A DNA stretch of 61,836 bases, filler included, from Squatina squatina (taxonomy: Eukaryota), in assembly GCA_031763465.1 (NCBI GenBank). It is 3 parts of 3 records of this genome, joined end to end, with 100 filler letters (N's around TTAATTAATTAA, not from the genome) between each part and the next. Parts side by side here need not be neighbours in the genome. Positions count along the whole stretch, not along the records: positions 1 to 25,488 come from JARFOE010000051.1; 2 more parts are not named here. One strand, 5' to 3'. The notes beneath the pieces were generated by a model. It did no database searches. It worked only from the letters and a program-made list of their open reading frames with translations, and was not told the DNA's origin. A program made the translations under genes and the position numbers. Shown here piece after piece: positions 11,945 to 24,757 of this stretch (position 1 is its first letter; every line of letters starts with the position of its first letter).

Positions 11945-13345
11945 GAAACATAGAAACATAGAAGATTGAAGCAGGAGTAGGCCATTCGGCCCTTCGAGTC
12001 TGCTCCGCCATTCAATATGATCATGGCTGATTTTGCAACTTCAGTAACCTGTCCCTGCTTTCTCCCCCTATCCCTTGATCCCTTTAGCCTTAAGAGATAT
12101 ATCTGAATCCTTCTCGAATATATTTAATGATTTGGCCTCAACTGCCTTCTGTGGTAGAAAATTCCACAGTCCCAAAGCTATGTTGGTGAAGAAATTCCTC
12201 CTCATCTCAGTCCTAAATGGCTTACCCCTTATCCTGATTCGTTGACCCCTTGTTCTGGACTCAACCGCTATCGGGAACATTATTCCTGCATCTAGTCTGC
12301 CCAGTCCTTTTCGGATTTTGTAAGTTTCAATGAGATGCCCTCTCATTCTTCTAAACTAGAGCAAATATAAGCCTAACTTAACCAATCTCTCTTCATACTT
12401 CATCAGTGCCATCCCACTAATCCTTCTGGTGAATCTTCGCTGCCATCCCTCCATGGAAAGAACACCCTTCCACAGGTTAGGCGATCAAAACTGCACACAA
12501 TACTCAAGGTGTGGTCTCACAAAGACCCTGTACAACTGCGAAAAGAAATCCCTGCTCCTGTACTCAAATCTACTTGCTATGAAAGCAGCATACCATTCCG
12601 CCTTCTTACCTGCCTGCTGCACCTGCATACTTACCTTCAGCGACTGGGGCACAAGGACACGAAGGGCTCATTGCACCTCCAAATTTCCCAATCTATTGCC
12701 ATTCAGATAATAATCTGTATTCCTGTTTTTGCCAACAACGTGAATAACCTCACACTTATCCAAATTATACAGCATCTGCCATTCATTTGTCCACTCGCCC
12801 AACCTGTCTAAATCATTCTGAAGTTTCTCTGCATCCTCCGGCCGCACACACGCCCACCCAGCTTTGTGTCATCTGCAAAACTGGAGATATTACATCGAGT
12901 TCCCTCATCTAAATCATTAATATATATTGTGAATAGCTGGGGTTCTAAAACGATCCCTGTGGTACCCAACTAGTCACTGCCTGCCACTCGGAAAAAGACC
13001 CAGTTATTCCAGCTCTTTGCTTCCAGTCTGCCCACCAGTTCTCTATCCAAGTCAATCCCATGTATTTTAACTTTACACGATAATCTCTTATGCGGGAGCT
13101 TATCGAAAGCCTTCTGAAAGTCCAAATGCTCCACATCCACTGGTTCTCCCTTATCTATTCTTCCAGTTACATCGTCAAAAAATCCAATAGATTTATCAAT
13201 CATGATTTTCTTTGTAAATCCTTGCTGACTTTGTCCGATCCTGTCACTGTTATCCAAATGCTCTGCTGCTGCATCTTATATAATGGACTCTAGCATTTTC
13301 CTTGGTGTCAGGCTATCCGGTCTATAATTCCCTGCTTTCTATTTC
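11945..13345 (-). mobile_element. CR1-clade LINE fragment
   Basis: Peptides DFQKAFDKLPHKRL, VPQGS and MRGHLIETYKI; (catagaaa)n tail at 11945-11963. Confidence 0.92.
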
Positions 13346-13559
13346 CTCACCTACAAGTTGAATGTCCTTGTCTCCAGTATTGCCCTTGCCTTCTCCTACC
13401 CTGGTCAATTCCCCAGGAATAGAAACAATTCCAGTGAACATTGGTCCCAGCAAAGATTTGATCGGAGCTGACGCACAACTGGTTCAGACATACATTGCCA
13501 TATACAACTCTCCACAGCAAACCCTGTTAGATCTTGCTTCCCTCTCCAAAAGCAGTCCC

Positions 13560-13900
13560 AATCTCCAACATTATCTTAGAAAGCAAAGACGGCCCCCAGC
13601 TTCTTATCAAAGTTAACAAACAAAACGATAAACACCTCTGCCCTGTTCCTCCTACACACACCTCCGACAACAGCTCGGTGGAACTGAGCAACTTCTTTGT
13701 AACTAACACTGAAAGTATCTACGCACTTGAATTAGCCACATAACCTTCCCTGTTCCAACCCATCTTGCTCCAGCTCGGAAGCAGTGATCTTTCTTTAGAT
13801 TCTCTTATATATTCCCTCAATTCCTTCCCGAGCTCATCGTGTCCATGAGTAAAACCTCCTGTTATTTTGAAACTATTGCAAACAAACTGTGACATCCGAT
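13560..13900 (+). mobile_element. Degenerate L2-like LINE fragment
   Basis: Peptide KDGPQLLIKVN...ELSNFFVTNTESI resembles the L2 ORF2 region before RT. Confidence 0.4.
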
Positions 13901-13926
13901 CTTCTCGTGCTGATGTGCATGCTAAT

Positions 13927-14165
13927 TGGCCATTTTAAGGACAGATCCACCACCATCTCAATGCCTTCACCATGAACAGAAAGGCCCAGCATCCCCTCAA
14001 GGCTCTCCCAGTTAAAGAGAAGGCCCACCATTAACACTCACACTGCCCATTTAAGGAAAAGCCCATCATCAGCTCCCGGCTCTACCGGTTAAAGAGAATG
14101 CCCATGATCAACACCAGGACAATATGGTTAAAGTCAAGGCCCACCTTCCTCTCAAGTACTGCCAG
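13927..14165. repeat. Degenerate 38-39-bp minisatellite, about 6 units
   Basis: Recurrent ttaaagagaaggccca core; GCCCA anchors at 13984, 14023, 14061, 14100 and 14139. Confidence 0.8.
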
Positions 14166-14231
14166 AGTTGTCATTTGTGGTTCTGTCAGTCTGTTCAGTT
14201 GATTAATATAGTTTCTTAACGTTATAGATAT

Positions 14232-14588
14232 ATGGGGACATCATTGAAACTTATAAAATTCTGACAGGAAGAATCATATTAGATGCAGGGAGGAGGTTTC
14301 CCCTGGTTGGGGAGTGCAGAACCAGGGGTCACAATCTCAGAATACGGGGTGTGCCATTTGAGATGAAGAGAAATTTTTCACTCAGAGAATGCTGAACCTG
14401 TGGAATTCTCTACCACAAAAGGCTGTGGAGGCCAAGTCATTAAATATATTTCAGAAGGAGATAGATGTATTTCTTGATAGTAAATGCATTAAGGGATGTG
14501 GGGAGAACGGGGAACATGATACTGAGTTAGATGATCAACCATGATCATATTGAATGTCCTACTCCTGCTCCTATTTTCTTTGTTTCAA
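14232..14588 (+). mobile_element. CR1-clade LINE 3' end
   Basis: IETYKILTG peptide and the same 3' UTR as the 6372-7272 copy. Confidence 0.88.
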
Positions 14589-15744
14589 TGGCTACATTTT
14601 GTATAAACAACAAGTTACACTTTAAAGTGTTGAAGCTGCACTTTACAAAGTGCTCTGGAGAAGTTTATGCCCCCTTTCCTTTGGAAAAAGACAACCATTC
14701 CCGGTGCTACTTCCTCACATGTGCATGTTTAACTCTCTCTTTCCCTCCGTGGATCTTCTGCACTGCTGGAGAACAAAACCCCTTGGATATACCCTCAAAA
14801 AACGTGAAAAAAATCCATCCCACCACAGGGACAAGGCTTGTGCATCCCATATCTGTCCTTCAGCACCAGATGTTTCTGTTTACTTTTCCTTCAGATAATG
14901 ATGAACCCTGCAGATCTTGAATGCAACATGAGTTCTAACTGCCTAGTACATTTTGGCGCATCAGTATTATTTGCCCTAATTGCTAAAGAGGCACAGAAAA
15001 GTTAAATTAATACATTTTTAGTCTGGCAAACTTATTATGAATCTGCAATCTAGCAAAACTTAATAGTGAAAAACAGTAACGGGATTTGAAATGATTAAGT
15101 TTCAGCAACTATCAACAGATCATAGAGCACATATCCACAATCAAATAGGAGAGTTAAAAGATGACTATATTGGCAGCATAAATTCTCAAACTGGTTTTCC
15201 GTCGCTTCCCACAACAATAAAAATGTTTGTGGCCATTAGTCATGCGACACCTGCTATTTTTCAACCTGAGAGTTCAAACACAGTGTATTTGGCAGCAAAG
15301 CAGTTCCAGCTAAACATATAGCAATGGAAGATGGATTCGGATTTTGTTTAGTCTCATATGACTAAGTTTTTGGTTTAGTTTTACTTGTAATTCTAGACTC
15401 TGATGCAGCTAGACATAAGGAATGTTCAGAAGATGTTCTTCCCAGGATGCTTTATGGGCAGACTTTAGTTGACTGAGCTGTTTAATGTGGGAGCAAATGT
15501 AGAATGTGCGATTTGTGTCTGGTGATTTATTTTTGGGCCCACTATGGAAAACTAGAGGCCAATGCAGTCTTATGATGAGAAGTGGGACAATGTAGCTTTG
15601 AAGGATTGCCATTGTCCTAAATTTTGAACAAGTTGACATTTGGAGTTATGATTGAATATCCTATTTCTGGGGTTCCTGTTCACGATAGCACGTGTCAGGC
15701 TGTAATGAATCAGCAAGGGCATTACATGTGACAGGATGCTTATC

Positions 15745-16195
15745 AAGATCTAAAACTCCACCCCTCGAGCCTGCTCTGCCAATCATTACGGTCATGGCTA
15801 CTCGTCTTCGCCTCAACAGGCCACCTGTCTCCCATAACCTTTGACTCCCCAGTAGTTCGAAAACCTGTCTGTCTCAGCCTTGAATATATTGAATGACTCA
15901 AACTGCACAGCTCTCTGGTGTAAAAAATTCCAAGGATTCACGATTCCCTGAGAGAAGTTATTCCTGAAATGGGAGAAGCTGCATGCTGAAATTTTGCCCC
16001 CGAGTTCTATATTCCAACACGAGAGGAAACATTCTCCCAGCAATTAACCTGTCAACCTGCCACAGAATCCTATTTGTGTCAATAAGATCACCTCTCATTC
16101 CTCTAAACTCCAAAGTGTTTTGGCACAGCCTGCTCAACCTCTCCTCGTAAAATAATCCCTTCTTCCCAGGATTCAATCTCATAAACCTTCGCTGA
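15745..16195 (-). mobile_element. CR1-clade LINE 3' end
   Basis: YEERLSRL...MRGDLID peptide and CR1-type 3' UTR. Confidence 0.85.
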
Positions 16196-17967
16196 TGTCC
16201 CAGAGAGTTGGGCTGGTGTGTGAGAAAGATGTAATTAAAAGCAGCCATATGTTTTCTTCAAATATGTGGCTCACATTTGCGCAAAGAAAATTGCAAACAT
16301 GCTAATTGATAAGTTAAAACTACAAGTGCAGAGTGTCAAGACACATCAACCAGGATTTGCGAATGTATCAGTTATGCTGGCTCAGTTGAAACTGCCAGCT
16401 ACCCTACAGCCCAAGGGCCAGGGAGTCAGCAGGCTCTACAGGAACTGGATGTTTGACAAACAGAGAGCAACAAATTTAAACAAAAGGTGGAAGATGTTAG
16501 AACAGCCTTGCATGAACTTATGTCTCAGCCAATAACAGCAGTGTGTCTCATCCAATGTGTATGAATTGCAAGGAGCCTGAAATAGAGTGGGAGCTCAGGT
16601 CTGTGCTGTCACTTCTGGAGAGAAAACAATAGAACAAAAAAAATGCTGGAAATCGGAATAATTTGCACCGAGAGGTTACATCTGACCGTGATCCCGATTG
16701 TAATGAGGTGGGACCTGGGAAAGTGCTACAATAGCCTGTCACCACTACTCGACCCAATGCGAACTGAGCTGGTGCTATTTCTGTCTCCAATAATAGATCC
16801 TTGTTGCACAAGATATGGAAGCGCTGGTGAGCGGGTGATTGATGATACAGATTGGGGAGTGTTTAATATTATGTAGTGCTCTGTCTCCATTTAGCACATG
16901 CATGGTGAATTGAACAATGGGGAATACAATGCTAATCAGCAATATACCTGGACTCCCCTCACAGTAGGTTCAGAATTCTCCTGCTGTTATTCGCAAGAGA
17001 ATGGCAGTGATGGTCAGTTACATTTCAAGTCCAGGTAGTTTTCTACGGTGTGTCATTTATTTGCTTCTTGACACCGAAACTCAAGACGAACATATCGAAC
17101 TGCTCCAGGAAGTGCTGCAGCTTCTGAAAGGAACTGGTGTTAAAATTAACCCTATCAAGGTTACTGCAAACTGAAGCTACTTTCCTCTGCATTAATGTTG
17201 CGGATCAATGTCTTATCAACAAACAGTAGATTTGATCTGCAGCCTCACGCTGCCTGCTTGGACGACATTTTTGTGATCTTTTCTGGCGGTTGTTGGGCTG
17301 TCAGCGACCACTCACTCCACAATGTGCCAAGTTCCCTGAACCAGTGTATGACCTGCTCAAGCTCCAGGGCAAATAACTTGAAGAGAGCTAGGCAGAAGCA
17401 AACACCAAGGCAATCGAACAGTGAAAGGCTGCAGGTGATGGAAGCTACTTGCCTTATCTCAGCTGATCCAGATAAACCGTTCCACCTTGAAGTCGCTGCT
17501 GCGTTTCAAATCTTAGAAACATAGAACATAGGCTTTCGAACCTGCACCACCATTCAATATTTCTAAGGCTGATCAAAGCATGGCTGCAGTTTGAAGCCAA
17601 GACGTTCAGGACAAATTACTTCTCATTGAATTTTCCTCACGATTTCTGATCAGGGTGGATCAGACTTTTCAAGCCTGTGAGAGACATTAATTAGCCACGT
17701 TTGGGCAGTCCAGCAATTCACATTTATCATCGGTCTGCAACTACTCATTTTCTAACCTCTTAACACACCACATAATCTCTTGATGCGACAGGGATACAAA
17801 CTTGTTTCCTCTGCAAGGCTGAACTGTTGGACCATGTTATTGATGGAGCCTGATTTCCTTAACACCGCAAAGAAAATAATCTTGGACCATATCCTGGGGA
17901 ACCTTTCAAGTGTCCACTGCCTCTGGTGGAGTTTGATAAACCGCCGGTGCTTAAGGAGTCACTGCCA

Positions 17968-18192
17968 GATGGGGGGGATGTGTATATCTATAGTCTGCCT
18001 TTAGCAAGATGGTAAGGATGTATATGTGGATGCTCTGCCATTAACAAGATGGTGAGGATGTATATAACGATGGAATTTCCCCAACATGTTGAGGATGTTT
18101 ATATAGATAGGGCGGTCTTTCAGCATATCCATGGATCTTCCGATATCTATGATCGTGAGGATGTGTATGTTCATGGGACTATCTTTCAGTAA
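17968..18192 (+). repeat. Tandem 37-42-bp repeats (5 clear units) derived from the RNase H first catalytic motif
   Basis: Units start at 17968, 18008, 18048, 18085 and 18151; consensus GATGGTGAGGATGTRTATRTNGATGG (DGEDVYVDG). Confidence 0.85.
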
Positions 18193-19021
18193 GATGAAAC
18201 AGCTATGACTGGATTTGCTGTGTGTACTCCTCACGATGTCAGCCAGTACAAGGGTAGCCCTCTTTCAGCTCAGTGGGTTGAGCGATATGCTTTTCTGACT
18301 GCTGTGAAGAACACATCATTATCTGGCCAGAGTTTCACTCCACTCTTAAAAGCATGCGGTCAAACCCGCTGTACCATAAACATAATTCCAACAGGTCAAC
18401 GGGAAAACCTGAATACAAGCATCACTTTTTATTTCTTTAGGGCACGCGCCCAAATCCAGACAGGCCACATTGGTAAAGTGAAGACATACTAAAAGAGGTG
18501 GTTAACCTTCACAGAGAATCTCACTGGATAATAGTGCAGCTAACGAGGCAGCTCAGATAGGGCAGCCGCGGCAACCTCCCCAGCTCAATGTTCTAACCTT
18601 AGCAAAGGCAGCACCACAGGATTTGGGTTTAGTGTCCCCGCAGGATTCATTTGAACTTTACTGAAGTGTTCTGTAGTGGTGTGCCTCTGGCAACCCGCTG
18701 AATCAAACGACTAAATGGGCTGAGGATACGGAGGTGAACGGGACAGATCAGATCATATTTGAGCATAAACTGCACGATTGCCCACTGTTTTCTGTGTGTG
18801 TATAATTAGTGCTTGCTGAGGATGCCTTTCACATGTTTCATTCCTAAACTGCACGGGGCGCTTACTTCAACGGGATAATTTACCACAAGTGAGTATGATG
18901 ATTGGTGACCTGGCATTGAAATACGTTGCCAATATTGTTTGGTTTGCTTGCAAAATAATCCTTCTTTTTACACTAAGCGTGCCTTTCTTAGCTCTGCTCC
19001 GTCCCCTGAGAGACCACGGAT

Positions 19022-20685
19022 TCATAGAAACATAGAACATAAGAGCAGGACTCGGCCATTGGGTCCTTTGGACCCACTCCACCATTCCATATCACCATGG
19101 ATAATCCTCTAGCTCAGCACCGTTTTCCCGCTTTCTCCCCATCGGCTTTGATGCCTTTAATTTCAAGAAATATATCTATCTCCTCCTTCAATATATTTAA
19201 TGATCCGGCCTCCACAGCCTTCTGTGATAGAGAGTTCCACACAGTCACAACCCTCTGATTGAAGAAATGTCTCCTCATCTCAGTCCTAAATGGCATTCCC
19301 CGTATACTGAGGCAGTGACCCCCTGGTTCTAGACTCCCCAGCCAGGGGAAACATCAAGAAACATGTTAGAATTTTATAAGTTTCAATGAGGTCCACTCTC
19401 ATTCATCTGGTGGGTACAGGCCAAGTTGACCCAACCTCTCCTCATACGACAGTCCTGCCTTCCCAGAAGTTAGGCTGGTGAACCTTCGCTGCACTCCCTC
19501 CAATGCAGAAATATTCTACCTCAGATAAGGAGAAAAAAACTGCGCATAATACTACAGGTGTGCTTTCACCGAGGCCCGATAAAATTGCAGTAAGACATCC
19601 TTGCTGCTGTACTTAAATCCTGTCACAACGAAGGCCATCATACCATTCGCCTTCCTGACTGCTTACTGCACCTCCATATTTGCTTTCAGTGACTGGTGTA
19701 CATGGACACCCAGGTCTCTTTGCATCTCCACATTTTCAAATCGATCACCATTCAGATTATAATCTGCCTTTCTGTTTTTCCGGCCAAAGTGGATAACCTC
19801 ACAATTATCCATCATGCTGCTGCTGCAGCTGCCATGTTTTTCCCCACTCACCCAACTTGTCTAAATCGCCATAAAACCTCTTTGCATCCTGCTCACAGCT
19901 CACATTCTCACCTATTTTATGTCGTCTGCAAACTTGGAAATATTACATTTAGTTCCCTCATCCAAATCATTTATAAATATTGTGAATAGCTGGGGCCCAA
20001 GCAATGATCCCAGCGGTACCCCACTCGTCACCGCCGGCCACCCCAAAAAAACACCTGTTTATTCCTTCTCCCTGTTTCCTGTCTGTTAACTAATACTCAA
20101 TCCATGCCGGCATATTACCCCGAATGCTATGTGCTTTATTTTGCACTCTAACCTCTTAGGTGGGACCTTTTCAAAAGCCTTCTAATAATCCAAATACAGC
20201 ACATCCCTAATCTATTCGACTAGTTGCATCCTCAAAAATCTCCAGTAGGGTGGTCAAACATGATTTCCCTTTCCTAAATCCTTGCTGACTTTGTCTAAGC
20301 CCATTGATGCTTTCGAAGTGTTCGGTTATCACATCCTTTGTCACAGACTTATGCATTTTGCGCATTCCTGATGTTAGTCTAACAGCATTGTAACATCCTG
20401 CTTTCTCTTGCCCACCTTTTCTAAAAATATTGGGGTTATATTTACTCCTCCACAATCTGCAGGAACTGTTACAGAATCCACAAAGTTTTGGAAGATGACA
20501 ACCAATGCATCCACTATTTCCATGGCCACCTCCTGTACTACTCTGGGAAGTAAATTATCAGGCCCTTCGGATTTTCCAACATTCAGTCCCATTAATTTCA
20601 CCAGCAATATTTTTTTACTGAGAATGTTTTGCTTCAGTCCCTCCCTCTCACTAAACACTTGGCTCCCTAACATTTCTGGGTTCAA
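19022..20685 (-). mobile_element. CR1-clade LINE inserted into the ERV-like pol
   Basis: Peptides KSEGPDNLLPRV, GFRKGKSCLTTLLEIFE and QRDLGVHVHQSLK; catagaa tail at 19023-19042. Confidence 0.92.
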
Positions 20686-21399
20686 CTCCAAACAGTTGTT
20701 TTGGAACTGTGCACAGTTCCAGTGCTGGTTACCAGTATGGCTCAGTGATTAATGATACAGTCACTGAATGAATTGAGGCATTCCTATGCCGAACGAACAT
20801 GGAGATCACTGCAGCACACTTGTCAATGGGTTTGGTGATCTACAGGTTGGGACCATCAGTCCGGGCGGACAGTGATCAAGATTCACATTTCAATGGAAAA
20901 TCTTTAAAAGCATTGCAAAACCATTGAGAATTACACAGCAATTGCATAGATTTCATCACCCTCATTCAACAGCCGGGTAGGAAGTGGAAAAGTGTGTTGA
21001 AAACTTAAAACAATTTGTGCAGATCATCCAACTAAGGGTGCAACTGTGTTGCAAAGGTGCTTAATGGCGATGTATTCTAACCCACATTCCACTAAAGCAG
21101 ATTCACACGGCCAAGCAGTGACTGGGCGATTAATTCTTACCCCAGGCCTTCTTAGGTTAATATAAGAAACACTATTGTTGTTGGGAGCTATTGCAGACAC
21201 ATGGTTTACTAATATGACTGGCCATGTACAAGCCTCTGATCAGCATGTACCCCAATAGAACATGCACACTGCAAATCAGATAAAGATTAATTTCCATGAA
21301 ACGTTTGCATCTTTTGAATATTCTATAACCTATCCAAGGGAACTTTAGCAAAGTGTTTCATTTGTGGGACGAGTAATTCAGAGGTCTGGACTCATGCAG

Positions 21400-21640
21400 A
21401 AGCGTGCGCACAAATCTCACCGTGATGGCTGTGGAATTTAAAATCTGTTAAATCATTAAAATCGGAAATAAAGTGAAAATGTTACTAATGGTGAACATGA
21501 ACCTTTCTTAAATTTCGTAAAATTCAACCGGCTGGCTAATGCTCTTGTGGGAAGAAAATCTGCCATCCTTACCTGGGCTGGGCTATATGTGAATCCACAC
21601 CCACAGCAATGTGGTTGACTCTTAACGGCCCTCTGAAATG
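21400..21640 (+). mobile_element. SINE fragment (LF-SINE-like central domain)
   Basis: ggaagaaaatctgccatccttacctgggctgggctatatgtgaatccacacccacagcaatgtggttgactcttaa resembles the LF-SINE-related body as I recall it. Family name not verified. Confidence 0.5.
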
Positions 21641-21679
21641 TATTCAGCTTTTTTTTAAAGAGCGACAAGAAACAAATTA

Positions 21680-23710
21680 GGAGACCAGCTGCCATAATCA
21701 TCATTACCAGCTACGACAAAGGCACATCCAGACCAATTGACCCTGCAAGGACCTCGATACCAACATCTGAGGAGTTGTGGCAAAATTGGAAGAGCTGTCC
21801 CACAGACTAGTCAAGCGAGGGCCGAGACTCCTCCTTCACCCATCCCTGGTATGTCTCTTCCCACTAGGGGCTGCTGCACAGTGGCATATAGTCGGGATGG
21901 ATTGGCCCTGGAAAGACGCAGCCCTGGATTCCATTAATTTTCTGGACCCCCATTATTTTTCATGGCTTTAGCTCACCTGTTGAATCAATACTCCTCCATG
22001 TTGGAATTCTTGGTCGAAGCAGTGTGAAATCAAGTGTACACAATGTAACCTGGCTGTGCGGACTTCTAGGCCCATCACCAAGAGTCGCTAGTTAACACCA
22101 ACATTGACCAAGCTGGCCGATATAACTGCAGACTGGGCCTGCAACAGGCAGTGAGAGAGCCAGCACAATGAAAAAGACGACTTGAAATCGGCCTCAAGAA
22201 ACTAACTTTTGCAGGTGCCATTGTCCATCATCACCGGTAGCAGTGACCACTGCACAAATCCTTGTGGAGCCGAAGTCGCTGAGAAGACCTTTCATCATAT
22301 TGATTTGCATTACCACCGTGCAAAATGGGATAGATTCAAATCAGATCTAGCAGCTGAAATCTGGGCAACGACTGCAGTAGAATTGTATTCTATGACAAAG
22401 TTTAACCTCATGGCCTGGCATATTCCTCACTCTCCCTTAACAATCAAACACCTAGCCCAAGCATTGCAATTAGGAGTGTTGAAGCCATGCCCGGAGCAGC
22501 ACCAGGCATTAGTAAAAATGAGGTACCAGCCGGGAGAATTTGCAACTCAGGAAGTCATGCATGCCACAAGGCGAAAGCAGCATTGCATAGATAGGGCTGA
22601 GCAATTCCACACTCAATGGATTAGATCACAGCTCTGCAGTCCTGCCGCATGAAGTTCTGAATCATAGTGGATGACTAAGCAACTAACAGAGTTAAAGGAG
22701 AAGGCTCCTTGAATGTCCCCAGCCTCAGTGATGAGGGAACGCAATATGTGAGTGAAAATGTAAGTTTGAGTGTTTGAACCATCTTCAGCCAGAAGTGCCA
22801 AATGTCTGATCCATATCGGGCTCCTCCCGAGTCGCCACCATCACAGAAGCCAGATTTCAGGCAATTCGATTTTCTCCACGTGATATCAAGAAACAGTTGA
22901 GAGGACTGGACACACCAAAGAATATGGGCCCCTGCAACATCCCAGCTGTCGTGCTGAAGATGTGCTTTGGAAGTAGCCATGCCTCTAGCCAAGCTATTCC
23001 AGTACAGCCACAAAACTGGCATTTGTCCGACAATGTGAAGACTACTGCACCATCAGTCTACTCTCAATCATCAGCAAATTGGTAAAAGGTGTCATCGACC
23101 ATTCTATCAAGCGGCAATTGCTCACTGAAGCCCAGTTTGAGTTGTGCCAGCACCACTCAGCTCCAGACCAATACAGCTTAGGTCCAAACATGATCCAGAG
23201 GTGAAGTGAGAGTGGCTGCCCTTGACATCAATGCAGCAATAACCCGAATTGGCATCAAGCAGCCCTAGAAAAGCGAAGGTCAGTGGGAGTCAGGGTAAAA
23301 GTTCTCCACTGGCAGGAGTCATACTCAGCACACAGGGAGATGCTTGGGGTTGTTGGAGGTCAGTCATCACAGCTCCAGGACAGCGTTGCAGGAGTTTCTC
23401 CGGGCATTTTCCTCGGCTCAATCATTTTCAGCTGCTTCATCATGGACATTCTCTTCATCAGAAGGTCAGAATCGTGTTCACTGGCTCTCACAGCTCCTCA
23501 GATAATAATGCTGTCCATGCCCGAAGGAAGCAAGACCTGGATGACATTCAGGCGTGGAGTGATGATTAGCAAGTAACTTTTGCGCAAAAGAAGTGCCTGG
23601 CAATGATATCTCCAGCAAGCGAGTGCCTAAACATTGCCCCTTAACATTCAATGAAATTACCATCACCGAATCTCCAACAGCAACATCCTGGTGCGTCACC
23701 ATTGACCACG
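21680..23710 (+). mobile_element. Second, divergent CR1-group LINE family (endonuclease + RT remnants)
   Basis: Peptides GSSDH, HYHRAKWDRF, LDTPKNMGPCNIPAVVLK, VAALDINAA, VAGVSPGIFLGSIIFSCFI and QDLDDIQAW, with many frameshifts. Confidence 0.8.
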
Positions 23711-23896
23711 GAGTGTCAGTGGAACCTGGCGTGACGGTAACATAAGTTATCCCGAGGGAGAATGTCATGTACTTGATTTGTCCATTCTGCTTAAATAATA
23801 AACCTAATATATTTATTGAAGATATTGTTCGTAAGTAAACATTTGTTTTACCCAACGTCTCCAGCCAGTAGTAGGAATAGGCACATTCCTGGGCAA

Positions 23897-24160
23897 CCAT
23901 AGAACATAGAACATAGAACATACAGCACATAACAGGCCCTTCGGCCCACGATGTTGTGCCGAACCTTTGTCCCANNNNNNNNNNNNNNNNNNNNNNNNNN
24001 NNNNNNNNNNNNNNNNNNNNNNNNNNNNNNNNNNNNNNNNNNNNNNNNNNNNNNNNNNNNNNNNNNNNNNNNNNTATCCATGTCAGTACCTTACCCCCAA
24101 TCCCATGTGCTTTAATTTTACACACTAATCTCTTATGTGGGACCTTGTCAAAAGCCTTTT
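23897..24160 (-). mobile_element. CR1 fragments either side of a 100-N gap
   Basis: (catagaa)n tail at 23897-23921; KIKAHGIGGKVLTWI after the gap. Confidence 0.8.
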
Positions 24161-24299
24161 GATGAAACCTTTTGACTGTATTACAGTTCCTGAATATACT
24201 GCAAACCAGTTATTATTCTTTTTTTGACATTTATTCATTGGGTAATGGAAAGTGTGATGTAGTAATGCAGCTTGTCTGACAGCTTGTCTTGGTTGAGCA

Positions 24300-24510
24300 G
24301 AAACTTCCTCCAATTAAATATTGGGAAAACCGAAGCCATTGTCTTCGGTCCCTCCCACAAACTCCACTCCCTGGACACTGAATCGATCCACCCTCTCCAT
24401 CACCAAGACCACCTACTTCCACCTCCATAATATCAGCTGTCCCCAACCCTGCCTCAGCCCACTGGCTGCTGAAAACCCTCATCCATGCCTTTGTTACCTC
24501 CAAACAGAGA
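24300..24510 (+). mobile_element. L2 LINE fragment
   Basis: ITKTTYFHLHNI peptide, similar to the 38147-38712 copy. Confidence 0.7.
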
Positions 24511-24757
24511 ACAAAACTGGGGCCTGTTGAAGAGAAGGGGACTTCAGTGCCCTTCATTTTACAATCTCCTCTTCCTCCACTCTTCCTTCCCTAGCCCTTT
24601 TCTGCCCTCTCCTGATCACCTCAGCACAATAATCCCTTTGTTCTCTAACCCTACATGNNNNNNNNNNNNNNNNNNNNNNNNNNNNNNNNNNNNNNNNNNN
24701 NNNNNNNNNNNNNNNNNNNNNNNNNNNNNNNNNNNNNNNNNNNNNNNNNNNNNNNNN

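Larger units (their letters stand above)
16925..21200 (+). mobile_element. Decayed endogenous retrovirus-like pol (RT, tether, RNase H, integrase), split by a CR1 insertion
   Basis: RT: NQQYTWTPLTVG/QNSPAV then CVIYLLLDTETQDEHIELLQEVLQLLKGTGVKINPIK (decayed YVDD). Tether: LISADPDKPFHLEVAA...FQACERH. RNase H: DVYVHG...TGFAV...SAQWVE...IGKVKTY...NSAANEAA. Integrase: GYQYGSVIND...IEAF...RLG...DSDQDSHFNG...HHPHST. Confidence 0.82.

Noticed and set aside
13927-14165. CRISPR-like array (also 17968-18192 and the 65-bp arrays)
   Set aside because: Units are degenerate along their whole length with no identical repeats or unique spacers, there are no cas genes, and the DNA is vertebrate.
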